Counted from the first letter of the stretch, positions 41,492 to 51,074 are shown. The stretch: DNA of 63,581 bases from an uncultured Clostridia bacterium (GCA_946002045.1 CAMFYM010000001.1:1-63581), one strand, 5' to 3'. Numbers and translations: made by a program. The notes: generated from the sequence alone by a model not told the origin.

Positions 41492-42069
41492 TAGAGAACT
41501 CCTTTTGTTGAAAGGACAGCGCCGTCCGTATTTTTGCGTGTTGCAATTTGCATTGCGTGTGCCACAGCCTTGAATATTGCTTCAATTTCGTGGTGAGCGT
41601 TTGCACCATAAGGAACACTTATATGAAGTGTTACGGCACTGTTAACAGCAAAGGCACGGAAAAACTCCTCTGTTACACAGGTTTCGTAATCACCACAAAG
41701 CTCCTGCTCAAAGGACGCCTTGAACACTAAAAACGGTCTGTTTGAAATATCTACAACACAGCTTGCAAGTGCCTCGTCCATAGGTACTGAAAAGGAGCCG
41801 TAACGGACAATGCCGCTTTTATCGCCCAGTGCCTCATTAAAAGCAAGACCCAGTGCGATGCCTGTGTCCTCAACCGTGTGGTGAGTGTCAACCTCTAAAT
41901 CGCCCTGAACATCAACCTTTAAGCCAAAGCCACCGTGTACGCCAAAGGCAGTTAGCATATGGTCAAAAAAGCCAATGCCTGTTGACACCTGAACATCGCC
42001 ACCGTCAAGATTAAGCTCTACTGTTATTTGAGTTTCCTTTGTGTTTCTCACAACTGTTGCTGTTCTCAT
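41491..42069 (-). CDS. hisB: imidazoleglycerol-phosphate dehydratase
   Basis: RNTKET, DTHHTVED and NAHHEIEAIFKA motifs. Confidence 0.96.
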   Translation of the reverse strand: MRTATVVRNTKETQITVELNLDGGDVQVSTGIGFFDHMLTAFGVHGGFGLKVDVQGDLEVDTHHTVEDTGIALGLAFNEALGDKSGIVRYGSFSVPMDEALASCVVDISNRPFLVFKASFEQELCGDYETCVTEEFFRAFAVNSAVTLHISVPYGANAHHEIEAIFKAVAHAMQIATRKNTDGAVLSTKGVL

Positions 42070-42078
42070 ATTCTAACC

Positions 42079-42279
42079 TCAATCCTTAAACAAGCTATTC
42101 ATAAGCCCGTCTATTTTTTTCTTCCTGTTCTCTGCTTCCTTTTCGTCAATAGAAAGGCAGATAACATCTCCCTCCTTAACGCCGTTAGGTAAGGCAGAAA
42201 GGCTAATATTTATTGTATCACAGTTAGGCAATTCGCAAACTGCAACATTGCCCTCAATTCTATCAATAATCCATTTCAT
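42079..42279 (-). CDS. DUF3006 domain protein
   Basis: IIDRIEG..AVCE...LP..VKEGD; start at 42279 (ORF track 42291). Confidence 0.85.
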   Translation of the reverse strand: MKWIIDRIEGNVAVCELPNCDTINISLSALPNGVKEGDVICLSIDEKEAENRKKKIDGLMNSLFKD

Positions 42280-43180
42280 ACTGTTTTTCACAATCTACAT
42301 CAAAATTATCGTTACCGTCACAGGTTATGGTGACAGTCCCCTTTTCATATGTAATATAAACACTTGAGCCTATATTGTTCAGCTTATTAAGTGTTTGCTT
42401 ATGAGGGTGACCGTAGGAATTATCCTTACCACAGGATATAACGGCATATTTTGGACTAACTGCATTTAAGAAATCCTTAGTAGAGGAATACCTGCTGCCG
42501 TGATGACCTACCTTAAGCACATCGGCATTAAGGGAGCTGCCGTTAGCAAGTATCTCATTTTCGCTGACATCCTCAGCATCACCCATAAACAAAAAGGAAT
42601 TTTTGCCGTACTTTATCCTGATAACAGCAGAATAATTATTCAAATCATCATATCCACTACCTACAGGTGCAATAAAATCAATACTTGTATTATCATTTGA
42701 AAGCACCTGTACTCCTGCTTTTGCAGTGCTAATACTTAATCCCTTATTGGAAATAGAGGTCAGTAAATTCTCAAAGGTTTTTGAATTATGTGAAGCTCTG
42801 GGCATATAAACCTGACCGATGTCAAAGGAATTAACAATCTCAATCATACCACCTATATGGTCTGAATGAGGATGTGTTGCCACAAGGTAATCAATTTTAC
42901 TGTAACCAAGAGAGGATATGTAGCTGCAAATTTTATCTGCATATTCCTTTGTTCCTGCATCAATCAGCATTGACTGACCGTTGGGCAATTCAACAAGAGA
43001 GCAATCCCCTTGACCTACATCAATATAATGAATAACAATATTAGTATTAGTGCTATCTGAATTTACAGAATTACTGTTGGTTATATTGCCCTTGATTGAA
43101 GATATTACGGAAACAAGAATTACTATTACTGCTATGACAAGCACAGGTAATGAAATCTTACTTTTGTTTGATTTAGCCAT
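42263..43180 (-). CDS. ComEC/Rec2-like MBL-fold metallohydrolase with N-terminal membrane anchor
   Basis: DVGQGD, THPHSDHIGG, FMGDAE, KVGHHGS and NSYGHP motifs; no channel domain. Confidence 0.88.
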   Translation of the reverse strand: MAKSNKSKISLPVLVIAVIVILVSVISSIKGNITNSNSVNSDSTNTNIVIHYIDVGQGDCSLVELPNGQSMLIDAGTKEYADKICSYISSLGYSKIDYLVATHPHSDHIGGMIEIVNSFDIGQVYMPRASHNSKTFENLLTSISNKGLSISTAKAGVQVLSNDNTSIDFIAPVGSGYDDLNNYSAVIRIKYGKNSFLFMGDAEDVSENEILANGSSLNADVLKVGHHGSRYSSTKDFLNAVSPKYAVISCGKDNSYGHPHKQTLNKLNNIGSSVYITYEKGTVTITCDGNDNFDVDCEKQYEMDY

Positions 43181-44463
43181 TATTCAAATCTAACCTTAAT
43201 TGAATTAGCGTGAGCAGTTAAGCCCTCTGTATCTGCTAATTTTACTATATCATCTTTAGCGTTCTTTAATTCTTCTTCTGTATAATAGATAAATGAGCTC
43301 TTTTTAACAAAGCTATCAACTGAAAGTGGCGAAAAGAACCTTGCAGTACCACTTGTGGGTAACACATGGTTAGGACCTGCATAATAATCACCAAGTGGCT
43401 CCGGTGAATAATTACCAAGGAATACAGAGCCTGCATTATCAAGCATACCGATATATTTAAGTGGCTCTTCAACGCAAAGCTCAAGATGCTCGGGAGCAAG
43501 CTCGTTGGCAAATTCGATTGCCTGATTTAAGCTATCGCAAACAATAATCTCGCCGAAATTATTAAGTGATTCCTCAATAATCTCCTGTCTTTCAAGGAAT
43601 TTTATTTGCTTTTCAATTTCCCTTGCAGTTGCACGGGCAATGTCGCTTGATGTAGTAAGCAATATAGCAGAAGCAAGCTTGTCGTGCTCTGCCTGACTCA
43701 TAAGGTCTGCTGCAAGAAATGCAGGCTTTGCAGTTTTGTCTGCAATAATAAGAATTTCCGAAGGACCTGCTACCATATCAATATCAACAACACCGTAAAG
43801 CAGTTTTTTTGCTGTGGCAACAAATATATTACCGGGGCCGACAATCTTATCTACCTTTGGAATTTTCTCTGTTCCAAAGGCAAGTGCAGCAACAGCCTGT
43901 GCACCACCAACAAGGAACACCTTATCAACACCTGCAACTGCAGCAGCAGCTATAATGTCCGGATTTGGATTACCGTCCTTGCCGGGTGGAGTAACCATAA
44001 TTATTTCCTCAACACCTGCTATTTTTGCAGGAATAGCATTCATAAGCACAGATGACGGATAAGCAGCCGTGCCACCGGGTACATAAATTCCAACTCTTTT
44101 AAGACCACGAACACGCTGACCCATAATTACGCCGTTTGCCTTTGTAGTCATCCATGACTGCTGTGCCTGACGGCTGTGAAAATCAAAAATATTATCCTTT
44201 GCTTTAATGATTGCAGATTTGAAATCATCATCAACCATATCAAGATAGGAATTAAGCTCGTCCTTTTCTATAACTGTCTTTTTAGGAATTGCACCGTCAA
44301 ATCGAACAGTAAACTCCCTTACTGCCTCGTCACCCTGTTCCTTAACAGAGTTAATAATATTAGTAACTATATCAATAATTTTTGCGTCTGTTTCGCCGGC
44401 ACGCTTTTTTAAGCTATCTATAAGTGCATATTCAGCCTTGCCGTTTGCTTTAGTAATATTCAT
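43180..44463 (-). CDS. hisD: histidinol dehydrogenase
   Basis: YVPGG, GPGN, AGPSE, QAEHD, APEHL and GPNHVLPT motifs. Confidence 0.97.
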   Translation of the reverse strand: MNITKANGKAEYALIDSLKKRAGETDAKIIDIVTNIINSVKEQGDEAVREFTVRFDGAIPKKTVIEKDELNSYLDMVDDDFKSAIIKAKDNIFDFHSRQAQQSWMTTKANGVIMGQRVRGLKRVGIYVPGGTAAYPSSVLMNAIPAKIAGVEEIIMVTPPGKDGNPNPDIIAAAAVAGVDKVFLVGGAQAVAALAFGTEKIPKVDKIVGPGNIFVATAKKLLYGVVDIDMVAGPSEILIIADKTAKPAFLAADLMSQAEHDKLASAILLTTSSDIARATAREIEKQIKFLERQEIIEESLNNFGEIIVCDSLNQAIEFANELAPEHLELCVEEPLKYIGMLDNAGSVFLGNYSPEPLGDYYAGPNHVLPTSGTARFFSPLSVDSFVKKSSFIYYTEEELKNAKDDIVKLADTEGLTAHANSIKVRFE

Positions 44464-44486
44464 TGATTTAACCTCTTATTAAAAAT

Positions 44487-46100
44487 TCACACCTTTGATG
44501 CAAGCTCTAAATCGTTTAAAAACTCTTCAATTTCGGTTTTACGAAGCTTCATTGAAGCCATATTAACAATCACTCTTGCAGAAATAGGCAATATTTCATC
44601 AACAATTTCAAGCCCGTTTTCTTTTAGAGTTGAGCCTGTTTCTACTATATCAACAATGCCGTCTGCCAAGCCTAACAGAGGAGCCAGCTCAACACTGCCC
44701 TCTATCTTAATAATATCGACATCCATACCCTTTGATTTAAAATATTCCTTGGCAACCTTTGGGTATTTGCTGGCAACAACCTTACGCTTGTAGCCTGAGA
44801 AGAAATCCGTTCCCTTTGGACAGGCAAGTGCAAATCTGCATCTGCCGATATTAAGGTCCATAACCTCGTAGAAGGAATTACCGTGCTCAACGATTGTATC
44901 CTTGCCCACAACACCAATATCACAAACGCCGTGCTCAACATATGTAATAACATCCGGTGCCTTTGACAAAACTGCCTCATAATCACCCACAGGCAAAATC
45001 AATCGTCTGCCCTTATTCTCAAGCTGGGATGTGTCAAGACCCATTGTTTTGAAAAGTGATACAGAGCACTTTTCAAGTCTGCCTTTAGTTAATGCAATAC
45101 GCAGTGGACGGTTAACATTAACCTCCTCACGCATAACATCACACAAGGCATTAACATTTACTCCAAAGCCTACTGCCGGTGCGTCAAGACCAAATTCGGC
45201 AATAAGATTATCATACCTACCACCTGACAAAATGGTTACGCCACTGCCCTGTGCATAGCCACGGAAAATTACACCCGTATAGTAATTACTCCTGTTAACC
45301 AAGCCAAGATCAATAAGGATATTATCCTTAAAGCCAAGGTTACAAAGCTTTTCATATACTTCCTTAAGATAATCAAGTGCCTCATTAGCACAGGGGTCAT
45401 TATAAAGAGCCTTTGCCTCCTCAATAACGCTGACATCACCAAACAATCTTGGCAATTTCTTGATAACCTGTGTTTCGGTAGAATTACCGATAGCATCAAG
45501 CAAATCACCTAATGCAGAATAATTCTTGCCCTCAATAAGACTGCAAATATCAGCCTTTTGTGAAATTGACAGATTCATTTTATCAAGAATTGTATTGAAA
45601 AATCCTGCGTGGCAAAGCTCTAACTTAAAGGACTGAACATCATTCCTTTTTAACGCCTCATACGCCATTGAGATAACCTCAATATCGGCGTCCATACTGC
45701 CGTCGCCTATAAGCTCGATACCGCTTTGCTCGATTTCATCTGTACGACCTGCCAGCTGCTTATTGCGAACAAAAATGCTTTGGTTATAATAAAGCCTTAC
45801 CGGAAAATCCCTGTCGCTTAATCTTGTGGCAACAAGCCGAGCAATCGGTGAAGTATTGTCAGGACGAAGAACAGTTGTTCTGCCCTGATTATCGGAAAGC
45901 TTATACATTTCCTCTGCTTCAATACCTAGATTATCATTGGTAAATACATCAAAGTATTCAATGGTCGGTGTCATAACCTTGCGATAATTATTCTCTTTAA
46001 AAAGCGTTGACAAAATTGCTTCTACTCTTCTTCTGTCGTCGCACTCCTCAAAAAGCAAATCACGGCTACCCTGAGGTGTTAATCTTGAATATCTTTTCAT
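44487..46100 (-). CDS. hisZ/hisG: fused HisZ-HisG ATP phosphoribosyltransferase
   Basis: N-terminal TPQGSRD, LRPDNT, QSGIELIG, YYTG and GGRYD (HisZ); C-terminal IALTKGRL, GSVELAP and DIVETGSTL (short HisG); one continuous frame. Confidence 0.92.
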   Translation of the reverse strand: MKRYSRLTPQGSRDLLFEECDDRRRVEAILSTLFKENNYRKVMTPTIEYFDVFTNDNLGIEAEEMYKLSDNQGRTTVLRPDNTSPIARLVATRLSDRDFPVRLYYNQSIFVRNKQLAGRTDEIEQSGIELIGDGSMDADIEVISMAYEALKRNDVQSFKLELCHAGFFNTILDKMNLSISQKADICSLIEGKNYSALGDLLDAIGNSTETQVIKKLPRLFGDVSVIEEAKALYNDPCANEALDYLKEVYEKLCNLGFKDNILIDLGLVNRSNYYTGVIFRGYAQGSGVTILSGGRYDNLIAEFGLDAPAVGFGVNVNALCDVMREEVNVNRPLRIALTKGRLEKCSVSLFKTMGLDTSQLENKGRRLILPVGDYEAVLSKAPDVITYVEHGVCDIGVVGKDTIVEHGNSFYEVMDLNIGRCRFALACPKGTDFFSGYKRKVVASKYPKVAKEYFKSKGMDVDIIKIEGSVELAPLLGLADGIVDIVETGSTLKENGLEIVDEILPISARVIVNMASMKLRKTEIEEFLNDLELASKV

Positions 46101-46119
46101 TTAATTCTCCCATTGTTTG

Positions 46120-46173
46120 TACTTTAGTGCAGTAATGTGCTACTATGCTAACACACAAAATTATAATTGTCAA
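46120..46173 (-). promoter_or_regulatory. his promoter with tandem palindromic operators (HisR-like)
   Basis: TTGACA-17 nt-TAGCAT; palindromes TACTTTA-N6-TAATGTG (46120-46139) and TGTGCTA-N6-TAACACA (46136-46155). Confidence 0.65.
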
Positions 46174-46180
46174 GTAAAAA

Positions 46181-49100
46181 TCAGAATAATGAAATTTGAT
46201 TTGATTCCGGCATATTGCCCAGTGCTCCTGCCTCCTTAAGAGCGTCAACAACACTGCGACCTATACCTGCTCTTGCCATTAAATCATCATATGACATAAA
46301 TTCTCCGTTGCCGTCATCCCTTGATTTTGCAATGGCGTTGGCAGCGTTTTCGCCTATGCCGTCAATAGCGCCAAAGGGCAAACGAATTTTGCCGTCCTCT
46401 ATCCTGTAAATTCTTGAGTCGGACTTATAAATATCTACAGGTAAAAATTCAATTCCTCTTGCCAGCATTTCAATAACAATTTGGTTAACAATATATGTTG
46501 ACTCCTCCTTTGCAGTAACAGGTATATTGTTTTTCTTTTTGTTATTAAACTCGTCCATTTTTTTCTTTACTGCCGATTTACCCTCCACAGCAGCAACAGC
46601 ATCAATAGCGCCACCACGCACAGTGAAGTAAGCAGAATAAAAATGAATAGGATGATAAATCTTATACCATGCAAGTCGCAATGCAGCAATAACATAGGCT
46701 GCTGCATGTGCCTTTGGGAACATATACTTAATTTTGTAGCAGGAGTCAATATACCACTGCTCAACACCGATGGTTTTCATTGCTTCTTCATACGGAGGAA
46801 GCTCCTTTGGCGCCTTACCCTTACGGGTGTACTCCATAATCTTAAAGCAATCCTTTTTGCTCAACGGTGACTCCTTACCTGTATCACGCTCATATTTCTC
46901 TGCCTTATGGATAAGGTAGGTCATAATATCATCACGGCAACCGATAACCTGTGAAATGTTACATATTCCTTTTTGAATAAGCTCCTGTGCGTTACCCAGC
47001 CAAACATCCGTTCCGTGTGAAAGACCTGAAATCTGCAACAAATCGGCAAATGTTTTTGGCTGTGCCTCCACAAGCATACCGATTACAAAGGGAGTACCCA
47101 TTTCAGGAATAGCAAGAGTACCTGTGCTGCAATTTATATCCTGTGGTGAAACACCGATAGGCTCGGTAGAAGTAATAAGCTTATAAAGATTAGGGTCAGA
47201 CAAATCAACATCCATTACGGGAATACCTGTTGAATCCTCAAGGTATTTATACAGTGTTGGGTTATCGTGACCAAGCTCGTCTAACTTGAGAAGTGTATCG
47301 TGAAGTGAATTTTTAAAGTCAAAGTGGGTTGTGTAGGTTCCCTTTTTCTCATCATTGGACGGGTACTGAATGGGGGTAAAATCCTCTACTGTATATTTAT
47401 CGGGAACAACAACCATACCACCCGGATGCTGACCTGTTGTACGCTTAATTCCTGTGCAGCCGACAGTCAATCTGTCAATCTCTGCCTTTGGAGTAGTAGC
47501 AGCAAGACCTCGTTCGTCAAGGTACTTCATAACATAGCCATAGGCAGTTTTATCGGCAACGGTTGCCATTGTACCTGCCTTAAACACATATTCCTTGCCA
47601 AACAGCTCCTCAGTATATCTATGTGAACGAGATTGATATTCACCTGAAAAGTTAAGGTCAATATCAGGCTCCTTATCACCGTCAAAGCCAAGGAAGGTTT
47701 CAAAGGGAATTTCGTGTCCGTCACGCTTCATAGGAGTGTTGCATTTTGGACAATTTTTTGGTGGCAAATCAAAGCCTGAACCATATTCGCCCTTTGTGAA
47801 AAATTCGCTGTGCTTACAATTTTTGCAATAATAGTGAGGTGGTAACGGGTTAACCTCGGAAATACCACCCATATGTGCAGCCAGTGATGAACCAACAGAG
47901 CCTCTTGAACCAACAAGATAGCCGTTTCTTTCGCTTTCCTCAACAAGACGCTTTGCAATAACATAAAGCACACCAAAGCCGTGACCGATAATCGAGTCAA
48001 GCTCACGCTGTAATCTGTCTGCCACTAACGGTGGTACAGGGTCACCGTAAAGCTCCTTCGCCCTTGACCAGCACTTTTCGGTTAACTCCTCGTTAGCTCC
48101 GTCAATATGTGGCTGGAAGGTTCCTGGTGGAATAGGAGGTATATTATCCATTACCATATCGGCAATTTTATTTGGGTTGTCAATAACAAATTCCTTTGCT
48201 CTATCCCCTGCCCAAGCAAAATCCTCAAGCATTTCGTTAGTGGTTTTAAAATATAGAGGTGCCTGATTATCAGCATCCTCAAAGCCCTTTGATGCCATAA
48301 TTATTGCTCTGAACTTAGCGTCCTTTTCATCAAGGAAATGGACATCGCCTGTGGCAACAATAGGCTTACCTAATTCGTCGCCAAGGGCAATGATTTTTTT
48401 GTTAATGGCAATAAGGTCATCCTCGCTGTTAATATGCTCGTGAATATCTCTTGCAGAGTTAATCATAAAGGCGTTATTGCCGTTTGGCTGAATTTCCAAA
48501 TAATCGTAGAAATCGGCAATCTCTCTAATTTTTTCCGGACTCTCACCGGCAAGTATTGCCTGATATAATTCGCCCTGCTCACAGGCAGAGCCGATAATTA
48601 AGCCGTCACGCTTTTGTGCCAAAAGGCTTTTCGGAATCAGTGGGCGTGACTTAAAGGTTTTTATATTTGAATATGAGATAAGCTCATACAAATTCTTCCT
48701 GCCGTATTTACGCTCCTCCTTGGGAATGCTCTCATCAAGGGAGGTATCCTCCTTAACAAGCAAAATTATGTGATGACGCTTAAATTGCTTTAGCTTTAAG
48801 TCCATAAAATCAGGATATTTTTCGTCATCAACCAAGTATCCCTCCATACCGAGAATAAGCTTAATCTTACCCTTGGCTGCGTTATACGCCTCCGGCAGAG
48901 CCTGAACAACACCGTGGTCGGTAACGGCGATTGCCTTATGACCGTATTTGATTGCCTTGTTAATTAGCGACTTTGGAGAGGATATACCGTCCATTTCGCT
49001 TAATGATGTATGTAGGTGAAGCTCTACTCTTTTTTCAGGAGCATCATCGGTTTTATCAAAGCTTAACACGCTTGAAATTGAAAAAGGATATAATACAAAC

Positions 49101-49987
49101 TGATTTGTAAATGTATCATGCTTATATGTACCACTGATAACAACAGTTTTGCTTGCTCCTATTTTTTCAACAAGTGGGTCAATAATACGCTTGTCCTCAA
49201 ACATCTTAATTGTAATTGAGGAGGTGTAGTCGGTAATATCAAAATTGAATATACGGTTATTGCCCTTTTTAGTGTCCTTAACCTCTGTTTTAGTTATATC
49301 GCCCCAAACGGTAATAACACCGTCGTCAACAGATACATCCTTTATTGCCTTTGGAGTATCACGCAATGCCTTACCGTAAATTGTTTTAACAGTATCCTTA
49401 TAGAGTGGCAAATCACCCCAAGGCTCGTGGACGATATTTTTTTCTTCCTCTTCCTTTTTTCGCTCCTGCTCTGCCTGCTTTTGTGCTACTGCATCCTTTA
49501 CTGCCTTTTCAATATCAAAGGCCTCAACCTCTAAAAATGATACATCAAGGTCTATGTTAAAAAGTCTTTCAAGCTCCTTGGAAATGGTGAAATCTACTTT
49601 TTGAGATTCAAGCACATCCCTGCCGCCTTTTTTAAGAAAAAGAGTTAAGGTTGCATCCTCAACCTCTGCCTCTACTCCGTCGAAAAAGCCGTTGACGGTA
49701 GGAGTATCTCTTTTTACATACTCAAGTATTCTTTCAATACAGGAAAGTGAAAATTCACTCTTTGGGAAAATCGGGTTGATTACTGCCTTATGTAAGCCCA
49801 TTGCTTTTGCAATCATCTTTTCTGCATTGTAGATAACAGAATAATCAACAAATGCAGGCAGATAAAGACCCATAGTGAGAATTCTTTTTTCTCTTGATAC
49901 GGTAAATGAGGAAATCTCTGCATTACCTATTTGTGATAATATTTCATTGTCAGTATAATTTGAAAAATAATCTATAAATCTATTCAT
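46181..49987 (-). CDS. polC: DNA polymerase III PolC lacking the 3'-5' exonuclease domain
   Basis: OB fold, ELHLHT PHP, GSRGSVGSS, PDIDLNFSG, KYMFPKAHA and C-terminal QISLF clamp motif; 1268 aa with no DxETTG segment. Confidence 0.95.
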   Translation of the reverse strand: MNRFIDYFSNYTDNEILSQIGNAEISSFTVSREKRILTMGLYLPAFVDYSVIYNAEKMIAKAMGLHKAVINPIFPKSEFSLSCIERILEYVKRDTPTVNGFFDGVEAEVEDATLTLFLKKGGRDVLESQKVDFTISKELERLFNIDLDVSFLEVEAFDIEKAVKDAVAQKQAEQERKKEEEEKNIVHEPWGDLPLYKDTVKTIYGKALRDTPKAIKDVSVDDGVITVWGDITKTEVKDTKKGNNRIFNFDITDYTSSITIKMFEDKRIIDPLVEKIGASKTVVISGTYKHDTFTNQFVLYPFSISSVLSFDKTDDAPEKRVELHLHTSLSEMDGISSPKSLINKAIKYGHKAIAVTDHGVVQALPEAYNAAKGKIKLILGMEGYLVDDEKYPDFMDLKLKQFKRHHIILLVKEDTSLDESIPKEERKYGRKNLYELISYSNIKTFKSRPLIPKSLLAQKRDGLIIGSACEQGELYQAILAGESPEKIREIADFYDYLEIQPNGNNAFMINSARDIHEHINSEDDLIAINKKIIALGDELGKPIVATGDVHFLDEKDAKFRAIIMASKGFEDADNQAPLYFKTTNEMLEDFAWAGDRAKEFVIDNPNKIADMVMDNIPPIPPGTFQPHIDGANEELTEKCWSRAKELYGDPVPPLVADRLQRELDSIIGHGFGVLYVIAKRLVEESERNGYLVGSRGSVGSSLAAHMGGISEVNPLPPHYYCKNCKHSEFFTKGEYGSGFDLPPKNCPKCNTPMKRDGHEIPFETFLGFDGDKEPDIDLNFSGEYQSRSHRYTEELFGKEYVFKAGTMATVADKTAYGYVMKYLDERGLAATTPKAEIDRLTVGCTGIKRTTGQHPGGMVVVPDKYTVEDFTPIQYPSNDEKKGTYTTHFDFKNSLHDTLLKLDELGHDNPTLYKYLEDSTGIPVMDVDLSDPNLYKLITSTEPIGVSPQDINCSTGTLAIPEMGTPFVIGMLVEAQPKTFADLLQISGLSHGTDVWLGNAQELIQKGICNISQVIGCRDDIMTYLIHKAEKYERDTGKESPLSKKDCFKIMEYTRKGKAPKELPPYEEAMKTIGVEQWYIDSCYKIKYMFPKAHAAAYVIAALRLAWYKIYHPIHFYSAYFTVRGGAIDAVAAVEGKSAVKKKMDEFNNKKKNNIPVTAKEESTYIVNQIVIEMLARGIEFLPVDIYKSDSRIYRIEDGKIRLPFGAIDGIGENAANAIAKSRDDGNGEFMSYDDLMARAGIGRSVVDALKEAGALGNMPESNQISLF

Positions 49988-51036
49988 TATAACTTGTCTA
50001 TTTCTTTCATCAATTCGTCTAATAAGTCTTTTTCGTCAACTTTTCTAAGTATTTCGCCTTTTTTGAAAATCAAGCCGTTTCCGTCGCCACCGGCAATACC
50101 GATGTCTGCCTCCTTTGCCTCACCGGGACCATTAACAATACATCCCATAACAGCAACCTTAATCGGCTTTTTGCAATCACGCAGTCTTTCTTCAACCTGC
50201 TTTGCAAGTGAAACAAGGTCAATTTTCGTTCTGCCACAGGTTGGGCAGGAAATTAAGTAAGGACTGTCATTTTTAAGTCCTATTGCCTTAAGAATATCAA
50301 AGGCAGCAAAAACCTCTTTAACAGGCGCATCGGTTAGGCTGACACGGATAGTATCGCCGATACCCCTTGTTAAAAGAGAGCCGATACCAACTGCTGACTT
50401 AATAATACCCATACGCTCTGTACCTGCTTCTGTTACACCAAGGTGAAGTGGATATTCACACTGACCGGCAGCAAGCTCGTAGGCGTTTATCATAGTTTCC
50501 ACATTTGATGATTTAATTGAAATCACAATATCATCAAAATCAAATTTTTCAAGCAGCTTTGCGTGATAAAGGGCTGACTCCACCATTGCCTGTGGAGTCG
50601 GTGAGCCGTGCTTTGCAAGAATTTCCTTTTCCAGTGAGCCTGAATTTACTCCTATACGGATAGGAATATTCTTTGCCTTACATGCATCGGCAACTGCCTT
50701 GACTCTTGAATCATCGCCTATATTACCGGGATTGATACGGATTTTATCAATACCTCTTTCAACTGCACCAAGAGCAAGACGATAGTCAAAATGTATATCT
50801 GCAACAAGTGGCACATCAACTGCATTTTTGATAGGCTCAATCAAATTAAGTGCATCCTCGTTAGGAATTGCAAATCGAATAACCTGACAGCCTGCTGCTG
50901 CCAGCTCCTTTGCCTGTGCAACCGAGCCCTCAATATTTGATGCAGGAATATTGAGCATACTTTGAACAAGTATATCGCTGTCGCCACCTATATATTTGTT
51001 ACCAACTTTAATTTTCTTACTTTTTCTTCTTTCCAT
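49987..51036 (-). CDS. ispG: HMBPP synthase
   Basis: VQSM, ADIHF, RINPGN, SCPTCGR and VMGCIVNGPGE motifs. Confidence 0.97.
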   Translation of the reverse strand: MERRKSKKIKVGNKYIGGDSDILVQSMLNIPASNIEGSVAQAKELAAAGCQVIRFAIPNEDALNLIEPIKNAVDVPLVADIHFDYRLALGAVERGIDKIRINPGNIGDDSRVKAVADACKAKNIPIRIGVNSGSLEKEILAKHGSPTPQAMVESALYHAKLLEKFDFDDIVISIKSSNVETMINAYELAAGQCEYPLHLGVTEAGTERMGIIKSAVGIGSLLTRGIGDTIRVSLTDAPVKEVFAAFDILKAIGLKNDSPYLISCPTCGRTKIDLVSLAKQVEERLRDCKKPIKVAVMGCIVNGPGEAKEADIGIAGGDGNGLIFKKGEILRKVDEKDLLDELMKEIDKL

Positions 51037-51074
51037 AATATCACCTTAAATAAGAGTATCACCTTAAATATGAA

